Of a stretch of 64,000 bases of DNA, positions 26,801 to 39,521 are shown one piece after another. Each line of letters begins with the position of its first letter. The first letter of the stretch is position 1. A program made the position numbers and the translations under genes. The notes below the pieces were generated by a model. The model made no database searches and was not told where the DNA came from. It was given only the letters and a program-made list of their open reading frames with translations. Origin of the DNA: Macrostomum lignano (taxonomy: Eukaryota); assembly GCA_002269645.1 (NCBI GenBank), contig NIVC01000917.1, forward strand, positions 242,578-306,577, given 5' to 3'.

Positions 26801-27684
26801 CCAAATTAATGTGACTGCACTTGGAATCGAGCATGGGTCGCTGGCACACCAGAGCAGCTGCGCTACCGCTGGGCTACGGCCCCCCTGACCTAACTACTTT
26901 ATGACTCAACTACTCTATGACTCAACTACTTATGACTCAACTACTCTATGACTCAACTACTTATGACTCAACTACTCTATGACTCAACTACTTTATGGCT
27001 CAACTACTCTGTGGCTAAACTACTCTGTGATCCAACTACTGTGTGACTTAACTTCTCTGTGACTCAACTACTTTATGACTCAACTACTCTATGACTCAAC
27101 CAAAACCCTGTCAAAATACAGGCTCAAACCGCTGAGTTAACCTGAATGCTGGCCAGATCCCGGCGCAGACTATCGTAGTCAAACGATGCACTGGCGTCAG
27201 CATTGGCACTGCGGCTATCTAACGATTTGTTATTATCATTATTAGCCGCTTCGTTTTGCTCGGCATAGGCGGTCGCGTCCAGTAGGTCCCGAGCTCGAGT
27301 CGACAATTCGCTTGCCAACTCGTCCGCGTTAGAGTTGGCTGGGGCGGCGGTAGCGGCAGCGTCAGTCCGATTATAAAACGACACCTCCTTGTCGGCTAGA
27401 ACTGTGCTCCGCTCCGCCAAGGACGGCGGCAGGGCGCGGTACTCCGGATGCGCGACGTCGCTGGAATCGACTCCGCCGCCGCTGCTGCTCAGCTGACGAT
27501 CAAGCTGCTCATGCTCAATTGTAGAGTCGCCTCCTACTACAGCCACGTCAGTGGCAGCGTCATTGTCTTCATCGTTGTTGTCGTCAGGTGAGATCGGGGA
27601 TATCGGCGTCAGCCGGTGATAGCGCGACGAATCGGCCGCAGCGGAGGCTGACAGCGGACTGCCCGGCTCCGCTTGCAAAGAGTC
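23832..27684 (-). CDS. ALMS1-like centriolar protein (5' exons not found); exons 27142-27684, 25951-26239, 23832-25204
   Basis: Three exons join in phase (0/0, 0/1, 1) at GT-AG sites. The C-terminus ERREAVKRTNRLRKQIYGERL resembles the ALMS motif end, and SWFLPL resembles ALMS1 SWFVPV (recalled similarity, not searched). Confidence 0.55.
25375..25910. repeat. 29-bp homogeneous minisatellite GGGAAATACCCTAGCAACTAAAGCGTCAT, about 18 copies
   Basis: Tandem copies filling an intron of the ALMS1-like gene. Confidence 0.97.
26525..26885 (-). mobile_element. tRNA-derived SINE, apparently full length
   Basis: Minus strand GGGGGCCGTAGCCCAGCGGTAGCGC (A box) ... GCTCGATTCC (B box), 3' A-rich tail; related fragments at about 42075-42167 and 43440-43545. 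Confidence 0.75.
26890..27100. repeat. 16-bp satellite CTACTCTATGACTCAA (also 26445-26522, interrupted by the SINE)
   Basis: Tandem copies on both sides of the SINE. Confidence 0.85.
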
Positions 27685-27764
27685 CTGCAAGCACGAATAG
27701 AAGAAATTGTACTTATAATTCCTGTGTGACTACTTCTGAGTAGAATAAATTAAAAAAGGACACT

Positions 27765-28145
27765 ACGCGCTTATGAAACTGCGTTCATGAGACTGCCCGC
27801 TTATGACACTGCTAGCTTATGACACTGCCCGCTTATGACACTCCCAGCTTATGACACTCCCAGCTTATGACACTCCCAGCTTATGACACGGTCAGCTTAT
27901 GACACTGCTAGCTTATGACACTCCCAGCTTATGACACTGCCAGCTTATGACACTGCCAGCTTATGACACGGTCAGCTTATGACACTGCTAGCTTATGACA
28001 CTGCCAGCTTATGACACTGCTAGCTTATGACACTGCCAGCTTATGACACGGTCAGCTTATGACACTGCCAGCTTATGACACTGCCAGCTTATGACACTGC
28101 CAGCTTATGACACTGCCAGCTTATGACACGGTCAACTTATGACAG
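27765..28145. repeat. 16-bp satellite TTATGACACTGCCAGC
   Basis: Tandem copies. Confidence 0.95.
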
Positions 28146-29287
28146 AGAACTTCTGCAACTTACATGAACGCTTGCTTACAGTAGTAAACCTAGCGATAAA
28201 AGGAGTTTTCATAGAACTTCTAGATACCCCAAAAGTCTGGACTTGGAAGTTTCTCATTCCAAAATCTTATCCATTCTTTTCTCATCCAACGGTTTTTTGA
28301 AATTAATTTAATCAAGAAATGGAATCTGTGGCTTTGGATAAAGTTAAATTTCGATCTTTAATTTTAACAAATACGATTCCTGAATTCGAAATTCTTGCCT
28401 CAATTAAAACCAGTCAACTCTTGATGAAGTTCAAAATCTTCTCTCTTCTATATTGGAATTTGGTCAATTTATTAATCAAGTCAGACCTGCAATCTTTGGC
28501 TCCTGTAACTGCAAATACTTTTTAAATAATAAGTTTTCAAGCTGTTAGAACCATAGCAACAACCTCACTGTAAGGCAGCGAGTGCTTGCCTTTAGAAGAT
28601 ATTGTGTAGCAGAGCAAAGTATTTTTTACTTTTCAGTTGCTGTTTGTCTTATTTAAAGATTTTACAAGATCGCAGCACAGAATTTCACAACATAACACAG
28701 TTTTTCACGATGCACAGAAGGACAATTGATACAAAGGGGTGCTTCAACAGGCCAAAATTTCACGTCAAGAACTTGAATAGCAGTAAGTTTCACACGGTTG
28801 AAATTTTAAAAGCTAAAAAATTCAAAGTAAAAAAAAACTTAATATAACAAGAACTATGCAGTATTTTTCGGCATTGTGATCAGCTGTCTTCGACGTTGTG
28901 AACTCCCCCACACACGCACACATACACAAAGTACAAAAGCCTGCTTATAAGCATATTCACTGACCACAACTTACTTAATCTCATTTTCCTGAAATCGAGT
29001 AAATAATGCTATTGTCCTGTAGCAGCACCAAAGCATTTATCATGTTTTAATTATTTCTTATTCTATATTCTAATTGATTTAGTTCACCCACAGACACTCC
29101 TGTACTATTGTTTGCCCCAGCGCTAAATAAGCCCAACTTGATAACAAGATAATACGATCTTGCATACAAAATAATATTGTAACAGTTAACCTGAGGCTAT
29201 AGTCCTTAGGACCAATGGTGATATCAAATAGCCATTTTGCTTTCTACATAAAGCAATGACCATAAAAATAACAATTTCACTATATAT

Positions 29288-29785
29288 CAAGGGTTGGCAC
29301 ACTCTGGCCTGCAGGCCATATGTGGCCCTCAAAGCCTCTCTATCTGAAGGTTCTTTTGAAACTTCGCAATGGCAATCTGGCCTACTTAAGGTTTGTGTCT
29401 TTGCTCAGCTCTTTCTCTTCTCTCTCTCTGCTCTCCCCTTTCATTTCTCTTCTTCTTTCCCCCTATCTCCTCTCTTCTTCTCTCCCCTCTCCCTTCTCTT
29501 ATTCTTTCCCCTTTCTCCTTTCTTCTTCTCTCTTCTCCCCTCTCCTCTCTTTTCCCCTCTCTCCTCTCTCCCTTCTTTCTCTCTTTTTTCCTTTTCCCTC
29601 TCTTCCTTTACCCTCTCTACCCTCTTCTCTCCTCTTTTATCTTTTCTCTCATTTTATTCCCTACCTTTTCTGTCTTTTCTCATCTTTTGTCTTCCATTCC
29701 CTTTCCTTTCTACTCTCATGTGGCCCACAGAAAAGAGCTAAATTCCCTATCTGGCCCTTGAGGTAAAAACGGTTGCTGACCCCTA
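29288..29785. mobile_element. Degenerate hAT/Charlie-like MITE containing a CT-rich low-complexity expansion
   Basis: Ends CAAGGGTTGGCAC..TGGCCTGCAGGCC and GGTTGCTGACCCCTA resemble Charlie/MER5-type termini; TSD poorly matched. Confidence 0.5.
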
Positions 29786-30734
29786 TTATATGATCCCCAT
29801 AACAATAACAATTGTCAACTAATTTGGGCAACTTTGCAATTCATTTAAATAGCAATTTTAGACACAATTTATATTCAAGCCTACCTCTATAATCAGGAAG
29901 GTGTCAAATTGTATAGGAATATTTGAGCATAATTTTGAAGTGTGCACTACATAAAAAGCTAATTTTCCAAGGCTTATATCTATAATTTGTTATTACAACT
30001 ACATAACTATATATTGCAACTAGAGTAGTAGTAGCAGTAGCATCATAAAATCCAATAAAATCCAAAATAAAACAAACTTTAAATATCACATCAATGCATA
30101 CATATAATAGTTATATTTGTATAACTTTTTATATACATAAAAAGCAAAAGTAAAATTTGTGCATTTTTTGTTAAAATTCAAACTCTTACTTTGTAAAAAA
30201 CATAGAAATCAGTTTTTTTAATAAGTTATCAAATTTTATGCTGATATATGTATAAAAAACTCTTGTAACTATGATTGATAATATAACTTTTAATTTTTGG
30301 TATATATCATACACAAAACTATTAAACATATATACCAAAAGCCCAAAATAAATTTTTGTATACCAATATGTATGTTAAATTTCTTGATGTTCCCTAATTT
30401 CCAGTATATATGCCTTCTTCCTAACTAGAGACCAACACATTCCACTGACTCACTGAACCACTGACACACCAACTGACACACTCACTGACTTACTGAACCA
30501 CTGACACACCACCTAATTACCTTAGCTAATATTAGTATATATAAATTTTATAGCTAGGTAAACTGAAGCAATGTAGAATAATTATCTAGCTCAAGGATAA
30601 AAAAGTTTCAAAAAGGGCAAGGGCCTAGATTGAAAAACAAACTTCCTAACTTTTGAATCATGAATCTGATAATAAATTAATATTGATTTTATCTGCTATA
30701 TTTTGTCTGCCACCTTTTTTGTTTGCTAATATTC

Positions 30735-31390
30735 TAGTGATGGAATAAAATTATGTTTTTGTATCGAAATTGAAATAAAAATTTTCAGATCTTTAGAACA
30801 AAATCAAAATTGAAATTGAAATCAATTTTTTTAGCTTAACAACTTTTTATATGTTTGCTAATCATGCAAAAAAGATTAACACCTTGCATCTGCATGTATG
30901 AGCTTACATGTTTTTTCAAAATAATTTGAACCAGAATACTTGAAATTACTCAAAAAATATGAAATAGAAAATGCTAGTACTTCACTGCTGTTTAAACTAG
31001 AGATCTAGATATATCAATTTCATTAAGGCTTTAAAAGACTTTAGCCAATTAAAATCCACACCAATGAGTTCAGCCAATGCCAATGGGCTTCCATGGAGGT
31101 TAAAATGGGTGCAGCACAAGGCCTAGAACAATGTGTGCCCCATACAATCTTTTCTTATAGAAAAGGCAATTCTTGCCTCTTGCTGAGTCTTTGAACTATG
31201 CTTCCTTTCATTTCCTAGATTTTCTTACTTGTATAGCATGATCAACAATGTCTAATTTTTTAAATATAACCAAAATTTCTGAATGATTTTTGATGAATGG
31301 TATGGAAATTCAAAATTGAAAGTAAAATTTTTTGATACAAAATTGGGTTCAAAATTTTGAATATTAAAATTGAAATTCAATCCATCACTA
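30735..31390. mobile_element. hAT-type non-autonomous element, 656 bp
   Basis: TIR TAGTGATGGA/TCCATCACTA; perfect 8-bp TSD TAATATTC at 30727-30734 and 31391-31398. Confidence 0.85.
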
Positions 31391-31844
31391 TAATATTCAT
31401 AAAGAGCCATTTTGACTGCCAATGTGGTCATTTTGACTGCAATGAAAATTTTAGGCCTATAATTTAAGATTTATACAGTTTTAGCACTTAGAACTCTAAA
31501 TATAGTCTATACTAGCAATTAGCAACCCTATTGGGGAACCAAAAAATCCCATATAAGTTTTTTAATAAACAATATAGTATTTTTGCAATAACCTTAGCAA
31601 TCCCTTGTAAGCCTTGACATCTTAGCAATTCCCTCCTTGACTTTCCCCTTTTCTCCTCCCTAATATATTGTATCAACTTTTATAAAAAATTAAGTGAAAA
31701 AACTAAATGCAATGCAAGATATATACTAGTACTATAATAATATAATAATAATGATTTGATTAAGAAGTCTTTACAGTCTAAAAATGCTCATTGTAAATAT
31801 ATTATAGATATAATTAATTAGTATTGGCAAATATTATTTCTTTA

Positions 31845-33233
31845 AGGCAATTGTCAAGTTTCATTTATTAAATTATTTTGACTCCAGAAAAGTAATCTAC
31901 AAACTATTTTAAGTATAAATAAATACTTTTAAGAGACTTAAGCCTGATTAAGCACTAATAGCACTTTAGCACTAAGCATTAAAATGTTAACAAGTAAACA
32001 AGTCAATAGAAATAAATAAAAAGTATTATTGTCTATGGTCAAATTGCCAATGAACAACAAAAGCTTTATACACTATAGTAGTGGGAATTACTGGGAAATC
32101 CAATAATAGGATATTTCCAAATTGCTTCATTGGGTTCAGTTGGCATTCCTTCAGTTTATGATCATCCCAAACAATGACAATCACCTTAAAAATGACGATT
32201 CACCACAAAAACAGTTGTAAGACATAAAATCCATAGTTTCTAATGAAACAAAATCAAATGTTGGTGAACTAACTTTGTTTATTTCAAAAGATAGTAAGAT
32301 TGTTGTAGCACCTTATATTTCACTTGTATGTTGCTTATTAAAATGATTGTGAACTAAAGCTGGTAGTAGGAAAGCCTATCAAACTAATTTCAACTATTAA
32401 GTTGCAAGTTTAAGCTATGGTAGCCTGTATATTTCACCTTCAGTTTATGATCACCAAAACATATGTTGCCCATTAAAATAATTGTCAACCAAAGCTAGCC
32501 ATAAGAAAGTGTATTAAGGGTTGACATGCTTTCCTATAGCCAGCTTTGGTTCACAATCATTTCAATAGAGTGTATGTGTGGAAGTGATCATAAACTGAAA
32601 ATGAGAAAGGTGCAATGCTAAAGATTAATTATACTAAGCTAGGGTTGACATGCTTTTCCTATAGCTAGCTTTGGTTTACAATCATTTCAATGGGAAACAT
32701 ACATTAGGGTGATTGTAAACCAAAGGTGAAATATAAGGTGCTATGACAATCTTATCATTGTTTGAAATAAACTTTTTTTTGAAATATAAATAAGCTACTA
32801 GTGAACCGATATATAATCTGTCAAGTTAGTTGATCAGCCAACTTTTGCTTTCTTTCCATTTTTTATGTCTTAGTTTTGAACATGCCATTTTTGCACTGCA
32901 GTAAACAAAAAAGGTGATTATAAACCAAAACTAGCAAAATAGATGGTAATCGTAAACTGAAGGATTGCCATTCAGTTGATGCCACAATTACTTTGAGTAT
33001 GTTTCAAATACCATAGACTTCTTTTCAAGTCAAAAAATGTTCTAAAATTCTGGCCATAGGCATAGACTATTGTAGCTTTCTAGTGTCAAATACATTATAA
33101 TAAGTTTTAAAGTATAGAATTAATGCTTAATCAAGTTTAAGTCTCTTAAAAATATTTATTTGTACTTAAAATAGTTTGTAGATTATTTTTCTAGAGTCAA
33201 AATAATTTAACAAACAAAACTTCACAATTGCCT
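31845..33233. mobile_element. Old degenerate foldback (palindromic) element
   Basis: Nested inverted repeats: 31845-31950 with 33120-33233; about 32145-32165 with 32950-32972; 32278-32323 with 32726-32772. Confidence 0.65.
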
Positions 33234-35989
33234 ACTTTAAGTTAACTAGGGCCTAGATAGATAAAAAAATGCCTATTTGTTTGGTATTAAATAGATGAAT
33301 AGTGAAACATTGTTATTTAGGCCTATCCAATAGTCAGAGGAATAACCATATCACTATTTGTCTAGTGAGTGGGCAAATAACCACTGCCTTATTAATAACA
33401 ATAACAATAACATGCTTAAATGCTTTGAGTTTATTTTATTAAATTTAACTACCTTTTTATTTGCATTTCAAAATCAAGTTCATTACTTAATTTTGAATTT
33501 TTTGATGGCATTTGTTTTGTACTATATTAAGTATTGTATTATTACTAGTGACACAAGTCTAAAAATTTACTATTTAACTACTTATATTAGCTCATTCTAA
33601 AGATTCTTTATTTTAAGAAAACATGATTTTTTGCAAAGTTGTAAACTATACTATAGCCTATAGGCAGTTGTTATTTTTTCAATGACTATATTAATAGTGA
33701 GACAGTAATTTTTATGGTCAAAACATTCTAATAATTTTTAGGATAATACTATGTAGCACTTACAGCCTACAAATTTAGGCCTACATCAACATCAGTACTC
33801 CTGTACATGCCCCAAACCAAAGAAGCTCAGCCTATGCTTAGTAGCAATATTTAAATCAGATCTTATTTATCTATATTATACACTGTTGACATAAACTTCC
33901 TGCTGATGGCAATCAATGTCACATCACAATGAACATTTTAGATCTCTTCTATCTCTACTCCACCACCACCACTTATGGAGATCATGCTGCTGCATGCTGA
34001 AAATTATGCCAGAAAAAATAATCTACTTTTGAATCGGTTGCCATTTTTCTAGGAACTTATCGTTGAAACAAACAAACTTTAACTGAATAGTGAACGGCCC
34101 TTCCGTTAAAATATAAAAAATTAAAATAATTTTTTAAGAATTGGGGTTTAGCTAGCAAATTTCCCTGCCATGCTAACAACCGATGTATACATTTGATGCA
34201 GCCTTGCCATCAAGTATAATTTGATTTTGGGTATTTTGCCGATGCCCGACATTTTCAGACTCATATGCTTATTAGCGATGGCTGCATGGTAACAGATGTC
34301 TCATGAATGAACAAAGGTCTAGGATACTAACGTACAGTTTATGCCTATCCTGACCACAAAAAAATTAATATCAGCAAAAAGCCTCCAGAGTTAAATGTTT
34401 GAGCCTAATAAAAGTAGCAGTGGTGAGTTGTAGGATTGGCTCAATCAAAAACATGCAGCCTGTTTTGGGCTGTTTGGCCAGTACGAGTCGCTATTTATTT
34501 GGATTATTTTATTTAGTAGTTCAGTAATTAAATAAGGTAAATCTAGGCTTTATCTAGAAATTGCTTTTAAAATCTTTCGCCAAAACGGAATTTCTACTTT
34601 CAACTCATAACTCAGTAGTGCTTTGTGCGTACGATGAGAACGATACAATGAAAAGAGTAAAGATTTCACCATCCTTTTGGAGTTGAAGCAAAACATAAAT
34701 AGCAGAATAGATATAAATTTCCACCGGTGGGCCGCGGCCTGAGGGAAACGGTGTTGAGCCAACAGCAACTCCAACCTTTGCCAATCAATTTGGGCGGTCC
34801 ACTATACTTGTCCGAACTGGCAATTCCCTCATGGCTAATTTGACACCCACTTTTGCCACGCCGCCATTTTGTATTATGTGCATTTATTTAAATTCATCAT
34901 TTCTTCTACAAAATTTTCGTAGCGAGTCCAATTCTTTTCCTTGTTCAACAACGCTTCATAGGATGATGTACGTACAGCATATGTGCATGTTAGGTATACA
35001 TGCTTAAAAACATACGATATAAAAATTCGAGCGTATACGAAGGATATTTTTCTATTTTCATTTACATGTATTTCCAAAACAGTTAGTAGGCTTGACATTG
35101 AACCAAACAGGCTCTATATGAATAGTTCTGCCTTTTTAAAATATTGTTTTCGATACATATCGGCATCCAAAAAATAAAAGTTACATTTTATAAGCGGTTA
35201 CATGTGGGTAAAAAGTAGATGCAGTGGGACTACTACTAAGAAAAGTTTTACTTTTGTAACATATATATGCACATATATACTCGTATTGTGTACACAAAAT
35301 GCTTTTAAAGTACTGATCGTATATCCTGTTCTCTCATTATTTGTGTACATGTATAAATAATGCTTGATTTATAAATTTTAAGCATGCATGCAAAGTTGTT
35401 CCACCTCAAATTTCAAATAAATTAATAAAAAACTAAACAAGCACCGATCTTATGCTTGACATGCGCCTTTCTGTCGATCGACTGAATCGGTTTTGAATGT
35501 TATAATGCTTACAAGCTTCAATGGTGCAAATGTGCACATCTCGCTCTGTGTGTACAAATTGTTATCAGTATAAATGCATGTATATCGATCACTGCCCATA
35601 GGGCCTTCGACGTGTTTTGATCTCCCACTGCCAAACATCGTCGTTTCACCCTATGAGCGTCAGCGTGTATATCACTATAATTTACATGCAATTTCATTGA
35701 ATTCAAATAGCCAGGAATCCTATCTTCGTGTTGCTATGAATTTAAGAAATTTATAATGGAATATAGCCCGTACAATTCACTTTACTCGATGTCGATCGTT
35801 AAGCAGATTTCTTAACTTTATAATGTGTTGACTAGCGTAGCGATTTAACTGTCACACTAGATTTCTACTACTGTCATCAGTAGTGCAACATGCAGAGTAT
35901 GATGCGAATATCGCACGCAGAGAAAAAAAACTTTTACAATTCTTGAGAGTGTGACATTAGTAGCAGAATCGTCGCTTGACTGTTGGAGT

Positions 35990-36790
35990 TGAGGGTACTC
36001 GGATGGCGAGAACTTCGTTCAGGAAGACGGTAGAGCAGGTGCCAGTGTGCTGGGAAAAGTCGCCACAGTTCTCCCTCCAGACACGATGGCAGCCGTAGCC
36101 AGAGGCGGAGTTGATTTGGGACCCATCAGTAAAGCAGCTGTGGACTTTAATTCCGAGGTTTCCAGTTGTTCCTAGCTTCCTGGCGTGCTGGATTGCTACT
36201 CGTAGTTTTGAATTTTAGCGTGGACGGCATTCCGTCTGAGAGGGTCAGCACTCAGCAGGCCGCCTCCCGCGGTGCTTCCAGGTCTCGCAGGCCATGAGGT
36301 CGCCGTGCGGTCGGAGATCCGCGAGACCTCCGAGGAGGTCCGAGAAGGTGCGAGGTGACAGTCCGATGGGAGTCCATGTACATGATCCAGCGCCGGTGAG
36401 GTGCTCGTGCGTGGCCAGGGATTATAGGGCCCGTCTAAAAACTTCAAAAGCACCCACTACCGAAAGCGCCATCAATGTCGAGAAAAAGCGAGAGCGCGTA
36501 TTCACCGTAGGCGCATGGCGCGCTCCAGCTTGTCGGACTTGGCTTTCCTAATTTCACGCTTAAAGTCGCGAAATGATAGGCGACCAGCAGCTGGTCAGCC
36601 GGCGCGGATCCTTGCTCTAGCGAGCATTCCATTGGAGACACTTTGCCTTGCGCCGGAGGAATCCAAGAGCCGGGTGCCAACTGGGAGCGGATTTTTGGCC
36701 TTTGTGGGCGTGAGAGGACAGGAGGTAAGAGATTAGTCTGCGAGGTCATCCATGCACTTCCTGAAAGGTGATGGGAACGACGTGGTTAGC
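35990..36790 (-). mobile_element. Degenerate, internally deleted non-LTR retrotransposon (RT plus RNase H; I/LOA/R1-group-like)
   Basis: Fragments REIRKAK, YGEYALSLFLDIDGAF, a degenerate PQG region (GSTAGGGLLS), and RNase H CFTDGSQ...TVFLNEVLAI; stops and frameshifts. Confidence 0.7.
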
Positions 36791-37341
36791 TGATCTGTCT
36801 GGCATTAATTACAGTTACAGGATTTCCGTGAAGGCCAGAACCAAGGACCACTGTATATACATGTAGCTATATACAGTGGTCTTTGGCCAGAACACTGTCC
36901 ATAGTCAGTGTTCCGGATGTTCCTTTTCATGGGATGTTTGGTTTGGGACAATAGGATTGCAATCAAAAATGAAGAATGGTCGTTTTGAAGTTGTGAAGGA
37001 GAGCTCTGTCTCTTCCGCCTCGCTGGACTCCAGGGCTCCAGTTTCATAGGCTCCGCCCAGATGGTTTCTATGGTCTAGGGTGGGCCGCAACCACGACAAC
37101 TTCCGCATCATTTAACGCTTTTTTAATAGCACTGTACTGTGCCGCCATCTGTTCTGCACAATTAATTAGCAAATTGTAGCTGATTTTTATAGCTGAACCA
37201 GCCAGCGTATGTGAAAAGTGGTTATGAGATGTCAAATTTGTTTAAAACGTTTATCCTTCTTGGAAGTAAATTTTCGTAGAAACGTTCGGTCCTCAATGGT
37301 GTCTGTCGCGCCTTGGGGTTGCATCGTGCAGCTGAACAATA

Positions 37342-37460
37342 CCTCGCGGGCGTCGGCGAGCTCCAAAATGCACTGTTTGCCGAAAGAGCGTCAATGATGG
37401 TGATGACGGACTAGACTGCGACAGCTGCAGGAAATGGTTTCACCGTGCCTGCAACACTGG
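37342..37460 (+). other. Isolated PHD-finger coding fragment
   Basis: PRGRRRAPKCTVCRKSVNDGDDGLDCDSCRKWFHRACNTG matches the C-x2-C...C-x2-C-x4-H-x2-C spacing; no ATG (ATA in that position) and the final C-x2-C pair was not found. Confidence 0.55.
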
Positions 37461-39521
37461 TGCGATACTTCAAGGCATTCCTTTAAATATTAAATAAGTG
37501 ATGCATGTAGGTGGGTGCACTAAGTTCTGAGAGATAACTAATTACAATTGTACATGTAGATTTAATTTGTGCAGATGAACGGCTAACAGGCTAACATGAC
37601 GGACGAATAATTTTGGCTTGTACTAAATGTCCAGTTGCCATAATGTCTGGTTGATAAAATACCAGTTGACGAAATGCCAGTTGACGAAATGTCCTGGAAC
37701 CTATTGCCCATTGCCACATGCCCTATTGGAACAAAATTTAAAATTTGGCGATTAGCCATATTTTAAGATGTCTAGTGTCCTTCTGTTGATTTAGCTATTT
37801 TTTCTTTACATGTGGCTGGAGTTAGTTCTATTTTGGCTTGGTTACTTGTTTGAATGGGTTAATGTTAAAAATTATTTTTGTTTTCTATAAAAAAATTATT
37901 TCTGGTTAAAATACCAGGATTTAAAAAAGAAGAGAAGACCCTGGATCTTTAGACATACTATTTATCATATCATAGATACAGATATTGCACAAATAAAAGG
38001 CATTGCACCATATCTTATTTTAAATTTTTTGCTTGGCTTCTGTACTTAGTGATACTTGCCACTTGCTGCTTAGCTATTCTGTGAGCTATGTTATTATTCC
38101 AATCTATGCTATGCTATGAGCTATGGGCTTTATTTAGCCCAATAATCAGCTGAGGCCACTTTTATCTAGTAACTTGCAACCTGGCTTCTGGCTATAGGCT
38201 GATGGCTACTTTAAATTGATGTTTCCTAGTGCCCCTTTGAGCCACATAAGGACAGTAGAGTCATGCTACTTCCTTTAGCTACATTTTGTTGCCAATAGAG
38301 TTTATTTAAAAACCAAATTAAAGTTCACTTGGCCTTGCCCTTAGCAAAGTATATAATATACAATATAGATTGGCCAATTGCAAAATAGGCATATTTTCTA
38401 ATAGGTGTTAGGCCTAGGACATTCTAGGCCTAGACTAGATAGGCCTAAATGCTTTTGCCAAAAAGGACAAAAATTTTCTTATCAAAGTGACTAATAGTAG
38501 CCATGGTATTAGGCCCTAGCCAACTCTAAGCTAAGTTATTTATTACTTAAAAATCACAAGTTGTATCTTTAGACTTTATAAATATATGATTTTATATCAT
38601 AATGCTAGCAAAAACATTGATTGAAAGGGCCTAATAATATAGTGCAATTAATTCTACTAAATCTATCTTTTCTAGGATAAAATTAAAATTGTAGGACTTC
38701 ATTTTCTATGGTAATATTTTTTGCCACTAAGTCATAAGTGTTTTTTATCTCTAAAGAATATTAAAATAGCTTATTAGTTATTTAAGATAATCATAATGCT
38801 AACTTTGATCAAATACATATAAGTAAACAAGTCATTCAAGTTATTTTCCTTAAATATTGCTTTTTTATAGCCCCTCTATATAATAAAAATGGTCTTTTAT
38901 TTTATATATTTATAATAGGCCTAGAGTTCTACCTAAACATCTAACTATAGATGTGGCTATAGGAAGTTATAGATATAGAGGTTTTTTGACAAAATGTTTA
39001 TAGATATAGATATGGTTATTATAAGAACATAAATTCTTCATATCTAGTTCTCATATCTATCTATTAATTTGATAAGTGGGGGTTGGGTAATAGAAAATCT
39101 TATTAAGCAATAAATGAATTGTTACCAATCAGAGTTTTTGTTAGAGGAGCTATAAGTCCCTAAGGTTGGGGATTTAAACAACAAATGTTCTTACCAAGTG
39201 TTGCTAGCTAGTGGTATATTGCAACCAGCAAGATAGTTGTATAAAGTTAAAGAAAAAAGAAAAAAAATTAATGAAAAAATAGTGATATAGATAGACTATA
39301 GGAAAAATCTATATTCAGATAAAACATAAATTACTACTTTGTTATATATATTTATGCTATTAAAATTCTGTTGATAAAATGAAATGCTCTAATTAAATAT
39401 TTTCTATTTTAGATCTAGTGAATTCTATACTATTAATGTTTGCCTAATTTCACAAGTATTAGACAAACAATTATAAATGGTTTTTATTTTTTCTAGCCAT
39501 ATCTGCAACTAAGCAAATAAA

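Noticed and set aside
26820-26885. tRNA gene
   Set aside because: A and B boxes are present but there is no proper cloverleaf, and it continues into a SINE body and tail.
36905-37111. HLGGAYE resembling a BEL integrase GG.WE motif
   Set aside because: A single short motif with no other integrase residues.
38030-38300. Possible additional H/ACA RNA upstream of SFT2
   Set aside because: Stems are weak and there is no paralogue or covariation to support it.
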